A stretch of DNA of 64,000 nt, from IMG/VR virus record IMGVR_UViG_2775506835_000007, positions 13,301 through 77,300 of that record; one strand, given 5' to 3'. Under the pieces are notes generated by a model. The model searched no databases and was not told the origin of the DNA. It was given only the letters and a program-made list of their open reading frames with translations. Both the position numbers and the translations under genes were made by a program. Positions 47,310 through 56,506 of the stretch are shown here, piece by piece. Numbering within the stretch: the first letter of the stretch is position 1; each line of letters opens with the position of its first letter. The stretch is from a virus (Duplodnaviria; Caudoviricetes).

Positions 47310-49033
47310 TCCAGACCCCACCATTTTTCTAAATCGTATTTCGATATGTCCAGTTTTGGCTTTGTTCCCATTGCCAGCTTGTGTGCGTCGATCGTCGCGT
47401 CGCATGGGTCTATGCGTTTGGAGGCATAATCTTTGCTGAGTTTGATTTCTCCAAAACTGTTTGATACCGTGACCGCGTTTCTAAAACTCCATGCCAGCAG
47501 CGTGTTTTTTCTATCATAGATGATTTTTTTTGCATCTACACAGTTCTTAAAGTGATCCGTTGAATCATTCAGACTGCGCGCCGACTGGTTTATTTCTATC
47601 AAATCACAATGAAATGTATCTTCTAAATCCGGGAGAAACGCCGATGCTCCATGCGGGTCATAGGCAATCCCAAGGATTTCAAGGTTCAAGCGATCTGCCA
47701 ATTCTTTGTAATATCGCAAAATGTATTTGTAATCGGTGATGTACCCGCCGCCGGTTTGTGTCAATGTCAGCAGACCGTCTCTCGCCCATATACGATACGG
47801 CTCCTTGTCGGTTTGTTCGTGTTCCAATAGCCGATTTTCCGGCATGAAAGAATGGGAATCGATAAAAAATTTTCCATTGTCAAGCGGGAAATCCAACGAT
47901 CCGCTGGTCAAGTCCCCGCCGGCAGAGAGGTCCAGTCCCAAATAACAGGCGCGCCCGGCCATGTCGTCGATTGTGGTGTCGCTTGCGCATTCGGTCCACT
48001 TTCTTTCGTTTAAATACCCGTGTTCCGTCGCCTGTACCCATATGTTGAGGTCCTTTGTCATAAAGTTCAGCAGATCGTCTCCGCCTTTTTCTCTGGCTTT
48101 GATCGCGTCCGCGCGCATGCTGATGCATGTTTCCGGCGTCCAAAGTGGGTGCGCCGTCTGCCAAACTTCCTCGTTCCAGATTCGCTCGCCTATGGCGTCT
48201 TCCTGATTTGGTTCCGCGATGAAAACAAAGTGTGTTTCATCTGGAAATCCACTCAGTATGTTCTTTCCGTAGTCATATTCGCTTTTGCATGGGCTGTTCA
48301 AATCAAATCCCGCAGTGGTGATGATGGATACCAAACAGGATTTCAGTTTTTTACACCCATCCGTCAAGAGCTTGTACATCTGGTTGGTTTTGTGCTTATG
48401 GTATTCATCGACGCTTCCAAAGTACGGACGAAAGCCGTCTATGCTGTCCGTATCCCTGCCCAGCGCCTTGATCGTTCCATTTGTCAGGAGACATTCGATT
48501 TCCCCGCGGTATTCTTTGATTTTAAAGAGTTCCCGTTCCAGTTCCTGGTCCGCTTTAATAAACTTTATACACTCTTTCAGGACAATGCGCGCTTGCAGTT
48601 CTTTTGTGGCCGTTGCATAGACCTGCGGGTACTGATAACCGTCAAAATTTCCATAATAAAGGGATGGTATGGCGTTCATCACGCTTTTTCCGTTCTGGCG
48701 GGCAACCTGGATGTACGATGTGCGGAACCGCCTGTTGTTGGTGTCTTTTATCACCCATCCGTTCCAGTTCGCCATAATAAATGCCTGGAAATCCGCTGGC
48801 CGGAACGGCTGCGGATCGTCTCCTTCCGCCAGGATGAGTTGTTCGGAAAATCCGAACATGTGGGCGGCACGTTTTTCAGAATATACGAACGGAAAATCCG
48901 GCGTCCCCTGGCGTTCCAGGTCCTTCAAAAACCGTTGTGCTCCCATGATTTCGCTGCTTCCAACATTTCGATCCAGCGCGTTTTTAACCGCTGCTTCCGC
49001 GTATTTGATTGCTTTATCCACCGGTCGTACCAC
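47306..49033 (-). CDS. Terminase large subunit (cos type)
   Basis: VARQNGKS, VDEYH, ITTAG, GLDLS, YDP, RIDP. Confidence 0.95.
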   Translation of the reverse strand: MVRPVDKAIKYAEAAVKNALDRNVGSSEIMGAQRFLKDLERQGTPDFPFVYSEKRAAHMFGFSEQLILAEGDDPQPFRPADFQAFIMANWNGWVIKDTNNRRFRTSYIQVARQNGKSVMNAIPSLYYGNFDGYQYPQVYATATKELQARIVLKECIKFIKADQELERELFKIKEYRGEIECLLTNGTIKALGRDTDSIDGFRPYFGSVDEYHKHKTNQMYKLLTDGCKKLKSCLVSIITTAGFDLNSPCKSEYDYGKNILSGFPDETHFVFIAEPNQEDAIGERIWNEEVWQTAHPLWTPETCISMRADAIKAREKGGDDLLNFMTKDLNIWVQATEHGYLNERKWTECASDTTIDDMAGRACYLGLDLSAGGDLTSGSLDFPLDNGKFFIDSHSFMPENRLLEHEQTDKEPYRIWARDGLLTLTQTGGGYITDYKYILRYYKELADRLNLEILGIAYDPHGASAFLPDLEDTFHCDLIEINQSARSLNDSTDHFKNCVDAKKIIYDRKNTLLAWSFRNAVTVSNSFGEIKLSKDYASKRIDPCDATIDAHKLAMGTKPKLDISKYDLEKWWGLE

Positions 49034-49490
49034 TCCGATACTGATCCCACTTGCTCTTTGGTTTTTCCGGCTCTTTTGGGATTACCAATTTGCACCGGCT
49101 TGAAATCGTCAGCCCCAAATCGCTTGCCGCAGCCCGGCACTGCTTAAACGCGCGATCCTGCACCGCCGTTACCTTGTCAATCAGCCCGATCATTTCCGGT
49201 TCGCACGGCAATTTGCGCATCATCTTAACGGTCTTGCGATAGTTTTCTTCTGCGATGATGTACCGGGCAAGTGATTCACAGTCCAAGTTCGACATGATCC
49301 CCAGATCGATTAGCTGGGAGGCGATCCGGTTAAATTCATCCTTTTGCCTTTTGATAAGGTACTTCGGCGGCTCCACTGCATCTGCTGGCGCGTGGATTTC
49401 GGCTCTTTCCCGTTCTTCTATTTCGGCTTTTGTAAGGTGCGCTTTTTTCTTTGCCTTCAACAGATCAATCGGTTGTCTTGGGCCTGCCAT
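49014..49490 (-). CDS. Terminase small subunit, P27 family
   Basis: HLTKAEIEER, PPKYL, DLGLTISSRCKL. Confidence 0.92.
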   Translation of the reverse strand: MAGPRQPIDLLKAKKKAHLTKAEIEERERAEIHAPADAVEPPKYLIKRQKDEFNRIASQLIDLGIMSNLDCESLARYIIAEENYRKTVKMMRKLPCEPEMIGLIDKVTAVQDRAFKQCRAAASDLGLTISSRCKLVIPKEPEKPKSKWDQYRSGTTGG

Positions 49491-50096
49491 TTACCCCACC
49501 CCCAGCAATTCGTCAAAAATTCTTTTATAAAAATCATATAGTTCCTCGCTTTTCTCAAAGCTAAATTGTTCGATCTTGGGATTTTCATTAAAATTGCTGG
49601 ACGTTTCAATCACAAATTTTCCTTTGTCGGTGTCCAGCAAAATTACCTTGCTGTGATTTTTGACATACCGGTATTTGATACCGGCGCGCTCGCAAACCTG
49701 TTCAAAATTTTGACTGTACCCGTAGTCCTTGCCTCGTACCTTATTTTCCTTGGCAAGGCCGCTGAGTAAAAATTCCACGTTTTCAATCGCGCCTTTTTTC
49801 TTTAGCGCTACAATCGCATCTAGTTCTTTTTGGCCTACGCGTAAAGTTGTAACCAGCAGGCCGTGGATTACACACTGCGTTGCAATCCACATGACAAGGC
49901 TGCAACTGCTCCATCCACCGGCGGGAGAAATCATTTTGAAAATCTCATTTTCTCGCGGTAAATGATCCAAAAATTTACCCAATTCATATCGTGATAAATA
50001 GAGATCAAAGCAAACATATTGTGCGCCCGCGGACTGCATCAGCAGGTATTTATCGTATTTTCCGGGACCTTTCTTCTTCATCAGCCACCAATCCAA
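49491..50096 (-). CDS. Phospholipase D-superfamily (HKD) protein, probable nuclease
   Basis: HSKVILLD = HxKxxxxD, then TSSNFNENPKIEQ. Confidence 0.75.
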   Translation of the reverse strand: MDWWLMKKKGPGKYDKYLLMQSAGAQYVCFDLYLSRYELGKFLDHLPRENEIFKMISPAGGWSSCSLVMWIATQCVIHGLLVTTLRVGQKELDAIVALKKKGAIENVEFLLSGLAKENKVRGKDYGYSQNFEQVCERAGIKYRYVKNHSKVILLDTDKGKFVIETSSNFNENPKIEQFSFEKSEELYDFYKRIFDELLGVG

Positions 50097-50173
50097 ATTT
50101 CAAATTTTCCGTGGGGAGTTTTTGCGCGGAAAAAGAGGCCTTGCGGTATTGCACCATGCAAGCCGGAACTTTT

Positions 50174-50641
50174 TTACAGCCCCCTACCCCCTCGGAAGTC
50201 GACATTCCAACGCCGTTTTAGCTCTTGTAGCTCGCTTTTTACCCGCATATCTCCGCTGTGCATCCTTTTTTCAATGCGCATGTGCTCCCGGTGAGACAGA
50301 GGCACGAGGTTATCCGGGTCCAGTCTCAAGTCCCAGCGTTCTTTGATCGGCTCGATATGATGTACTTCATCGGCACTTTCTATTGATTCGTTCTTGTAAT
50401 AACTCCACAAGCACAAACCGCTGTAGATCGACATGATTCTTTTCTGCATCGTTTTCCATCCAGCGGATATATAAAACGCATGTTCTCTCGCGTCTCTTTC
50501 AAGCCGCACGGATTGATCATATTGCCTCTGCCTCTCGGACTTCCTTGTTGCCTCTTTGGACTTGTGCTGCTTGCAATATGATTCTCCGTGCTCCACCAAT
50601 TGTAGACAACCAGCATGCCTGCATATTTTTTTAAATGGCAT
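50174..50641 (-). CDS. HNH endonuclease (packaging-associated)
   Basis: FY.SAGW...VHHIEPI...LDPDNLVPL...H. Confidence 0.9.
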   Translation of the reverse strand: MPFKKICRHAGCLQLVEHGESYCKQHKSKEATRKSERQRQYDQSVRLERDAREHAFYISAGWKTMQKRIMSIYSGLCLWSYYKNESIESADEVHHIEPIKERWDLRLDPDNLVPLSHREHMRIEKRMHSGDMRVKSELQELKRRWNVDFRGGRGL

Positions 50642-50689
50642 GTCTTTTGCCTCCAAAAACTTTAAACTTTAGAAATTACGAAAAACCCC

Positions 50690-50718
50690 TTGACTTAATC
50701 ACGATACCGTGATATAAT
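50690..50718 (+). promoter_or_regulatory. TA-operon promoter with palindromic operator
   Basis: TTGACT-17-TATAAT; spacer contains ATCACG-ATAC-CGTGAT. Confidence 0.8.
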
Positions 50719-50745
50719 ATAGTTACAGAAAGGGGGTGAAACAAA

Positions 50746-51000
50746 ATGCCTGTACTCTCAAGGTTTTATGGTTTGGTGGTCAAAATGCTCTTCCTCGGAA
50801 AGGAACACAATCCGCCTCACATCCACGTAATCTATGGCGAATATATCGGAGCGATCGACATACGAACCGGAGAAATGATGGAAGGCGATCTCCCAAACAA
50901 GGCGCTTGCAATGATGCGGGAATGGGTCGGGATGCACCGGGAAGAACTACTGAACATCTGGAACACACAAGAATTTAAGGCACTGCCACCGCTTGAATAA
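50746..51000 (+). CDS. DUF4160-family putative toxin
   Basis: MPVLSRFYG...EHNPPHIH..YG...HREELL..W. Confidence 0.88.
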   Translation: MPVLSRFYGLVVKMLFLGKEHNPPHIHVIYGEYIGAIDIRTGEMMEGDLPNKALAMMREWVGMHREELLNIWNTQEFKALPPLE

Positions 51001-51012
51001 GGAGGAAGCTAT

Positions 51013-51453
51013 ATGTTCCATAAAGTAAAAACTGTGTCCGCATTGCCGGATTATAAAATGCTGGTAGGCTTTGTTTGCGGCACGACCAAGCGGTATGATT
51101 TCAAGCCGCTGTTTGATCGTCACCCTGTGTTCCGGTCCCTATGTGACGTTCCCGGCCTTTTTGCTCTGGCAAAGGTTGACGCCGGAGGGTATGGAGTGTG
51201 CTGGAACGACGACATCGACATAGCCTGCGATGAGCTTTGGGCGAATGGGGAAACGGTCTCGACTCCGTTCGACGGGCTGCTTGCGTTTTCAGACGCCACA
51301 AATATGTGGGGCCTGAACGAAAGCACACTGCGCAAAGCTCTGTCTTATGGAAAGCTAAAGGCGGGTATTGATGCACAGAAATACGGAAAGCAGTGGGTAA
51401 TAACGGAAGCCGCCATGCGGCGCGAATACGGTGATCCTAAGGCGGAGGCGTAA
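51013..51453 (+). CDS. DUF2442-family antitoxin fused to HTH
   Basis: VDAGGYGVCWNDDID; WGLNESTLRKA...KYGKQWVIT. Confidence 0.85.
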   Translation: MFHKVKTVSALPDYKMLVGFVCGTTKRYDFKPLFDRHPVFRSLCDVPGLFALAKVDAGGYGVCWNDDIDIACDELWANGETVSTPFDGLLAFSDATNMWGLNESTLRKALSYGKLKAGIDAQKYGKQWVITEAAMRREYGDPKAEA

Positions 51454-51509
51454 GCTTCCGCCTTTCTTTTTCCGCTGTGCCTCAAAAACACCTTGGCACG
51501 TACTCCCCC

Positions 51510-52271
51510 TCATTTGCTTATGCACTCTTTTAAAATGCGATTTTCTGATATTTTAAAGTACGCTTCATCAAATTCAAAACCGGTATAATTTCGTCCCGAA
51601 TGCATGCAGGCTATAGCTGTAGTTCCGCTCCCCATGCAATTATCAAGGACTAAATCACCCGGATTGGTGTATGTACGGATCAGGTATTCAAATAGGGCGA
51701 CTGGTTTTTGTGTTGGATGTAAACCGCGTTCGCATTTAATGTTTAAAACTTGACGTGGGTAATTGGTTATATATGTGTCTGCTCCATTTTTAAACCCATT
51801 AATACTATAGGCCCAATCGTTATGTCGCGGATTAGAAATACCCTTACGATGTATCTGAGTATCTAGCGTTACAATCCCTTGTGGGTTGTATACAGGCGGG
51901 CGCTTATAAAACACGCAAATCTCTTCGACGCATCGAAGGGGCTGCTTTTTTGCGTTGGCAAAACCAGTTGCCATATTTTTGTTCCAGTACCAACAGTATT
52001 TAAATAGCTTGGACTGGCTGCTAATAAGGCGAGTTGTAAACGGCTGGCAGGCAGTTAAGCATATAGCACCGTTGTCTTTTATAATCCTTTTGTATTGTTT
52101 CCAAAGAGCTTCGAGCGGAAACAACCCATCCCAGCGGCAGTGCGTTATTCCGTATGGCATATCGCACATTATCATGTCGATACTTTTATCTGGATAACGG
52201 CTCATTCCGCTTATGCAGTCTTCGTTAAATATCTTATTTATGTAATCCATCTCTTCTCCTTTCAGCTCCAT
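51510..52271 (-). CDS. DNA amino-methyltransferase (N4-C/N6-A, beta class)
   Basis: DMPYG, HPTQKP, VLDNCMGSGTT. Confidence 0.92.
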   Translation of the reverse strand: MELKGEEMDYINKIFNEDCISGMSRYPDKSIDMIMCDMPYGITHCRWDGLFPLEALWKQYKRIIKDNGAICLTACQPFTTRLISSQSKLFKYCWYWNKNMATGFANAKKQPLRCVEEICVFYKRPPVYNPQGIVTLDTQIHRKGISNPRHNDWAYSINGFKNGADTYITNYPRQVLNIKCERGLHPTQKPVALFEYLIRTYTNPGDLVLDNCMGSGTTAIACMHSGRNYTGFEFDEAYFKISENRILKECISK

Positions 52272-52379
52272 CTATCCCGGATTTTATTTATAGGAGCCTT
52301 TACGGAGATTATCTATAAAAATAGTCATGGCACGTACTCTATGCATCTATCAAACCACAAAAGTACGTGCCAAAAACGG

Positions 52380-52721
52380 CTATTCTATAATTTTTTTCTT
52401 TTGGGCCAGCGCGTGATAAAATCTGCGCCGCTCCTCTCGAAATCCTCTCTCGTATGTCATCAGTCCATGTACAAGCCTAAGATTGTGCCATGGGATGTCC
52501 TGTGTTACATGCAGGATGATGCATTGATAGTCTCGGTCCGATACCTCTACCGCTGTCTGCTCTATCAGCTCACAGTCATGTATCAGCTTTTCTTTCCACT
52601 CTCCGCTGGCCCGTGGTATGTCTCTTTTCTTCTCTTGATACTGCAAACAAAAATTGTGCAGCTCCCGATATGCGTATTTCCCAATTCCATACCGGTCAAG
52701 TTTCACGTCTCGCTTACTCAT
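52380..52721 (-). CDS. Late transcription activator-like protein
   Basis: YRELHNFCLQY...RRRFYHALA; last early gene. Confidence 0.65.
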   Translation of the reverse strand: MSKRDVKLDRYGIGKYAYRELHNFCLQYQEKKRDIPRASGEWKEKLIHDCELIEQTAVEVSDRDYQCIILHVTQDIPWHNLRLVHGLMTYERGFREERRRFYHALAQKKKIIE

Positions 52722-53136
52722 CGCAGACATCCTCTTGCGGCTGATCAAGATAGCGGCGCCAACACTTGACGCATTCGCGCCCTACGGATATGCAGTCCCA
52801 GTCTTTTTTGAGGGGACATGTTTCTGTTTTAGCAAGTTCTTTTGCTATCATGTCCAAATCGTTTTTTACTTTATCACCAATTGTTTGACCGACGATCTGG
52901 ATGTTACGGCTGATCGAGATAGCATAATAAGCGGGAGGTTCTCCGAATACCTCTACCAGATACCTTTCGCGGTCGCTGACTTCTCTCTTTGTGTGGCACT
53001 GCCGCGGCTCAGTGTTTTGCGGCATGTACTGAGACATTGGCCGGTTTTTCGGGATTTTGTTTATGACCGTTCCAACCATTGGTCCGGATCCGGTACTTTT
53101 CCATCTGATCCGCTGGCCGATTTTGATTTCGTTCAT
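52714..53136 (-). CDS. Hypothetical protein (SH3-like N-terminus, Cys cluster)
   Basis: IKIGQRIRW; CP...C..C..CW. Confidence 0.6.
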   Translation of the reverse strand: MNEIKIGQRIRWKSTGSGPMVGTVINKIPKNRPMSQYMPQNTEPRQCHTKREVSDRERYLVEVFGEPPAYYAISISRNIQIVGQTIGDKVKNDLDMIAKELAKTETCPLKKDWDCISVGRECVKCWRRYLDQPQEDVCDE

Positions 53137-53150
53137 GGTTATTTTCCTCC

Positions 53151-53741
53151 TTATTTCATTCTCCGCTGTATATTTTCTTTTTCCGCTGCGATTGCCCGGC
53201 TTGGATTATCTCCCAAGCCTACAAAATCCAAAAACAGCACAGCGTTATTTTTCGTGTCGAATTGCACCTCGTACTGGCGCAGGTCTTGGGCTGTCACGTA
53301 CCGCCGCCCAAATATTCGTTCCATGTCGTTCCAAATGGCCCACGGCACAAAAAAGGTTTGCAGCTTGATCCCGACACAGACACCGGTAGCGGCCCCCATC
53401 TTGTAGTGGCCGGCAAGGGCCTTTGCCTGATGGTCTTTCACTTCCGACTTGTTCATTTTGCTGGTATCGGTGTGCTTGGCCTCAAACCGGATTGCACGGC
53501 CCCCGATCAGGGTCCCGGCAAAGTCCGGCTGCGCGCGGCCTACGAAGTTGCCCACAAACTGCAAGCCCGACAACCGTTTGATGACGTGAAACGGCTCTGG
53601 GACCTTATCGACATCCGCGCGGCCTTGGTCCCGATATTTTTGGCATCCGTTTTTGATACGGTCTTCAAAATACCCGCCTTGGGCGCGGTTGACCCTGCCC
53701 TGCCAGCTTTTGGCGGCGGATTTTCCGCTGTACTGCTTCAT
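53151..53741 (-). CDS. recU: Holliday junction resolvase RecU-like
   Basis: GGYFE, KVPEPF, PDFAG, FEAKHT, HQ. Confidence 0.8.
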   Translation of the reverse strand: MKQYSGKSAAKSWQGRVNRAQGGYFEDRIKNGCQKYRDQGRADVDKVPEPFHVIKRLSGLQFVGNFVGRAQPDFAGTLIGGRAIRFEAKHTDTSKMNKSEVKDHQAKALAGHYKMGAATGVCVGIKLQTFFVPWAIWNDMERIFGRRYVTAQDLRQYEVQFDTKNNAVLFLDFVGLGDNPSRAIAAEKENIQRRMK

Positions 53742-53998
53742 TTTTTTGCCCCGCTTTCCCGGCGGAAGCCGATGAGGTCAGCAATCCCAAAGCTTCCGTT
53801 TTTGCATTCGTGGCCGGTGTAGCTACCATCAAAACCCATGTATTCGTTGTCTTGACCTCGTATAGCGTTCCACATGCAAACTTTAGCTTCGTGTTTCGCA
53901 CAAACCGGTGTTCCATCAAATTCTTTTCCACAGATGCGGCATTTGTAGCGCGGGGTGTATGCCTCCGATGACGAATAGATGAAATTGGTTTTTCCCAT
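53738..53998 (-). CDS. Small Zn-finger protein
   Basis: YKCRICGKEF...HEC...GIADLIGF. Confidence 0.65.
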   Translation of the reverse strand: MGKTNFIYSSSEAYTPRYKCRICGKEFDGTPVCAKHEAKVCMWNAIRGQDNEYMGFDGSYTGHECKNGSFGIADLIGFRRESGAKK

Positions 53999-54002
53999 TA
54001 AA

Positions 54003-54466
54003 TCATCCCTTTGTCCTTTTATTTGTTTTCCTGTTATAGACTACGATCATCGATGGGAAGGGCGCACTATCTTTTTCTTTTCCGTTTTCGTCCGTGAATT
54101 TTAATCTTCCGCGGACAAACCTAATTTCCGCTTTTCCATAAATGTATTTGTGGAAATATGAAGTATCCGTGCGTGCTGGAATTAAAAGAACAATTGTCGT
54201 CCCGCTCTGCGCCTCGTTGTATGATTTTTGAACCCATTTTTCTATTTCTCTTCCGTAGGGTGGGTTGCAAAATACCGCTCCGTCACCCTCCACTTTCCAC
54301 GACGATTTTAACCCATCGGTTTCCGGCGTAAAATATCGCGAACATTTTGCAGTTTTATCTGTGGCCGCTGCATCCAATTTGAAATTAAATTCTTCATTTA
54401 ATTTTTCAAAAAACTTTGAGGCGTACACCAATCCATTTTTTTCGAGCTATGCAAAGCACTGTTCAC
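54003..54466 (-). pseudogene. Phage Dam-like N6-adenine methyltransferase split by a 1-nt frameshift
   Basis: GTG start MNSALHSSKKMDWCTPQ in one frame; FFEKL...LDAAA...NPPY...PARTDT in the -1 frame; T6 run at 54408-54413. Confidence 0.75.
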
Positions 54467-55187
54467 TTTTATTTCTCCTTCTAATTCTTATCATTCGATA
54501 AAACTGATAGGGGATTCCCGTTATGGGATTCACTCCGTTCTCAACCGACTCTAATATAATCCGGTATCCCTTGAGCGGCTGCGGTTCCTTTTTCCACTCT
54601 TTTGCGGAGACTTCCTCTATTTTGGGTTCGACTTTTTTGATGTTCCGCGAGTGAGACCAGCGGCGGCCCGGTATAATCTCGGTCTTATCTGGTGCCGTTT
54701 TGTTTTGATCGATGATGTAATCGGCCAGGGCTGCGAATGCACCATCCATGTACGTCAGGACCGGTCGCACTTGTCCGTAAGGCCATAGCTTTTTGATCTC
54801 TCTCAGGTCGATGTAATTTACGACCGCATGATGGTGGATTCCTCCGCGGGAACCGATCGCTGTTGTGGATATGTAAAATAGCTCTTGCCCGTTTTCAGCA
54901 TACAGTTTCCGCATATCCCGCCAAAATTTTTTCATCTGCTTTTTGGCGGTTTCTGGGTCCGGACGCTCTTCCTTGCGATAGGTAAGAGCGAGAAACCAAT
55001 CATTCGCGGTAAAGTACGTCGTTAGCTGCCGCGTAAGCTCCCGGCGGGCAAGCTTATCGTTGTTCTTCTTGACCGCTTCCGCCGTGGCCGCTGCTTTCGA
55101 CGCGCGTTCTTGGCTCCGGGGGACATAATAGGTTTTTTCGATCTCTATTACCGGTCCTGTCCGGTATGTCTTTTTCCGGTATCCCAT
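54447..55187 (-). CDS. HUH-type rolling-circle replication initiator-like protein (P2)
   Basis: FLALTY, IHHHAVV, LADYII, RRWSHSRNI; homolog of 14012-14797. Confidence 0.75.
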   Translation of the reverse strand: MGYRKKTYRTGPVIEIEKTYYVPRSQERASKAAATAEAVKKNNDKLARRELTRQLTTYFTANDWFLALTYRKEERPDPETAKKQMKKFWRDMRKLYAENGQELFYISTTAIGSRGGIHHHAVVNYIDLREIKKLWPYGQVRPVLTYMDGAFAALADYIIDQNKTAPDKTEIIPGRRWSHSRNIKKVEPKIEEVSAKEWKKEPQPLKGYRIILESVENGVNPITGIPYQFYRMIRIRRRNKSEQCFA

Positions 55188-55279
55188 GGCAGATTTCCCG
55201 TCCTTCTTTTTTGCTTTCCCGGCCTATTATTAATACCTTTACCAAGGGGTCAAAGCCCGGTCTTATGCCGTTTTTTGGC

Positions 55280-55384
55280 TTGCGTATCTGCGGCGCTTAT
55301 GATATAATAAAAGCGCTCAGATATGAGTAAGGTTTCACCCTCTGACGGCTGCCAGGCCTGATAGTCAGAGGGTGATTTTTTGTT
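55280..55384 (+). ncRNA. Putative antisense RNA (about 70 nt) with its promoter, upstream of rep
   Basis: TTGCGT(55280)-17-TATAAT(55303), then hairpin 55335-55375 and T tract. Confidence 0.55.
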
Positions 55385-55395
55385 TTATGGATGGA

Positions 55396-55578
55396 TCATT
55401 TTTGATCATTGTACATGCAGTGCCCGATTCGGTTGTCGTGGATCGAGCAATCGTTATAGCAGTGATCCATGCACACGCGGGCATGATGCACAGGGCAGAT
55501 ACACACTGCGCGCGGCGTGGATTTTCCACAAATCGGGCAAATTGTGTTGACAATTTTGTCCGGTGTGAAGCGGTTCAT
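55396..55578 (-). CDS. Small Cys-rich protein
   Basis: CPICG...VCMDHCYNDC; homolog of 14996-15190. Confidence 0.7.
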   Translation of the reverse strand: MNRFTPDKIVNTICPICGKSTPRAVCICPVHHARVCMDHCYNDCSIHDNRIGHCMYNDQK

Positions 55579-55835
55579 TGCGCTACACCTTTTCTTGGGA
55601 CCTTTTTCTGCGGCCACGCGAGAGTCTGGCACATGGCGCAGTCAACCTTCATCCGCTTTACTAACGGATCATTTGCGCCTTTGCACCCCCGGCAGGGATA
55701 CGGCGTGTGTATGTATGGATTCTTTACGGCTACACCCCGGTGCAGCCTACAGGTTTGCAGCTGCGTGCAGGACGCACACTGGCATGTGTTTTTGCATTCC
55801 GGGTCCGGCCCGCGGCGGGCGTCTTTAGGGTTCAT
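55575..55835 (-). CDS. Small Cys-rich protein
   Basis: CQCASCT...TCRLH...PYPCRGC. Confidence 0.7.
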   Translation of the reverse strand: MNPKDARRGPDPECKNTCQCASCTQLQTCRLHRGVAVKNPYIHTPYPCRGCKGANDPLVKRMKVDCAMCQTLAWPQKKVPRKGVAQ

Positions 55836-55847
55836 GCAGACGGCCTC

Positions 55848-56183
55848 CTATTCCATGTTTTCAATGATCTCGCGTAAGATGTGCGGCGGGATCGTATATG
55901 CCTCTTCGATCAGCTCGTCCCGGTTGATGCGCTCTGTCTCGTGAGCGTTATACGCAAGCGTTTCCCGGTTGAAAATTTTGCGAATAGAACAATCGCTGTC
56001 CAAGTCATAAATGACCATGATTATGAACGTGGCGTTTTCCGGATGGTTAATGATTTCTGCTCGAAATCTTCCCATTGCGAAAATATAGTATCTTTTTTCA
56101 TCTTGTCCGATCGCCTTCATGCTTGAGGCGCTTCCGATTTCCTGCCGCGCAAGGGCTGCAGCGGTCTTTTTTGTGAGTTTCAT
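55848..56183 (-). CDS. Hypothetical protein (P2-specific)
   Basis: Coupled ORF in early operon. Confidence 0.65.
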   Translation of the reverse strand: MKLTKKTAAALARQEIGSASSMKAIGQDEKRYYIFAMGRFRAEIINHPENATFIIMVIYDLDSDCSIRKIFNRETLAYNAHETERINRDELIEEAYTIPPHILREIIENME

Positions 56184-56506
56184 TTTACACTTCTTTCCGG
56201 GCGTGCATATCCTTCCGGGGCATATGGGATAGGCTCTCCCGTGTCTGGATTACACCCTTGTTCGATCAACATCTTTCCAATTTTTTCGCGGACAGCTTGA
56301 TTTACTGATCCCCAATATGTTGTCCATATCATAATGGGATTTTTGGCTATGATCGCATGCGTAAATTCCCAGCCTCCGCCGGAGAGGCGGGAGAAGTCCT
56401 TAATAAACAGGTAATAATCGCCTTTTTGCGCTATTGCAAAATTATTACAATAATGCAATATGCGTGTTGGGACGTTTCCGGGATAGTTAGTATGGGATGT
56501 ACCCAT
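56180..56506 (-). CDS. Conserved hypothetical early protein
   Basis: Homolog of 15488-15793. Confidence 0.75.
   Translation of the reverse strand: MGTSHTNYPGNVPTRILHYCNNFAIAQKGDYYLFIKDFSRLSGGGWEFTHAIIAKNPIMIWTTYWGSVNQAVREKIGKMLIEQGCNPDTGEPIPYAPEGYARPERSVK

Noticed and set aside
41938-49147. Long plus-strand ORFs (41938-43110, 43879-45375, 48020-49147; also 4787-5896, 11167-12030)
   Set aside because: Antisense shadows of well-supported structural genes, with no motifs or SD.
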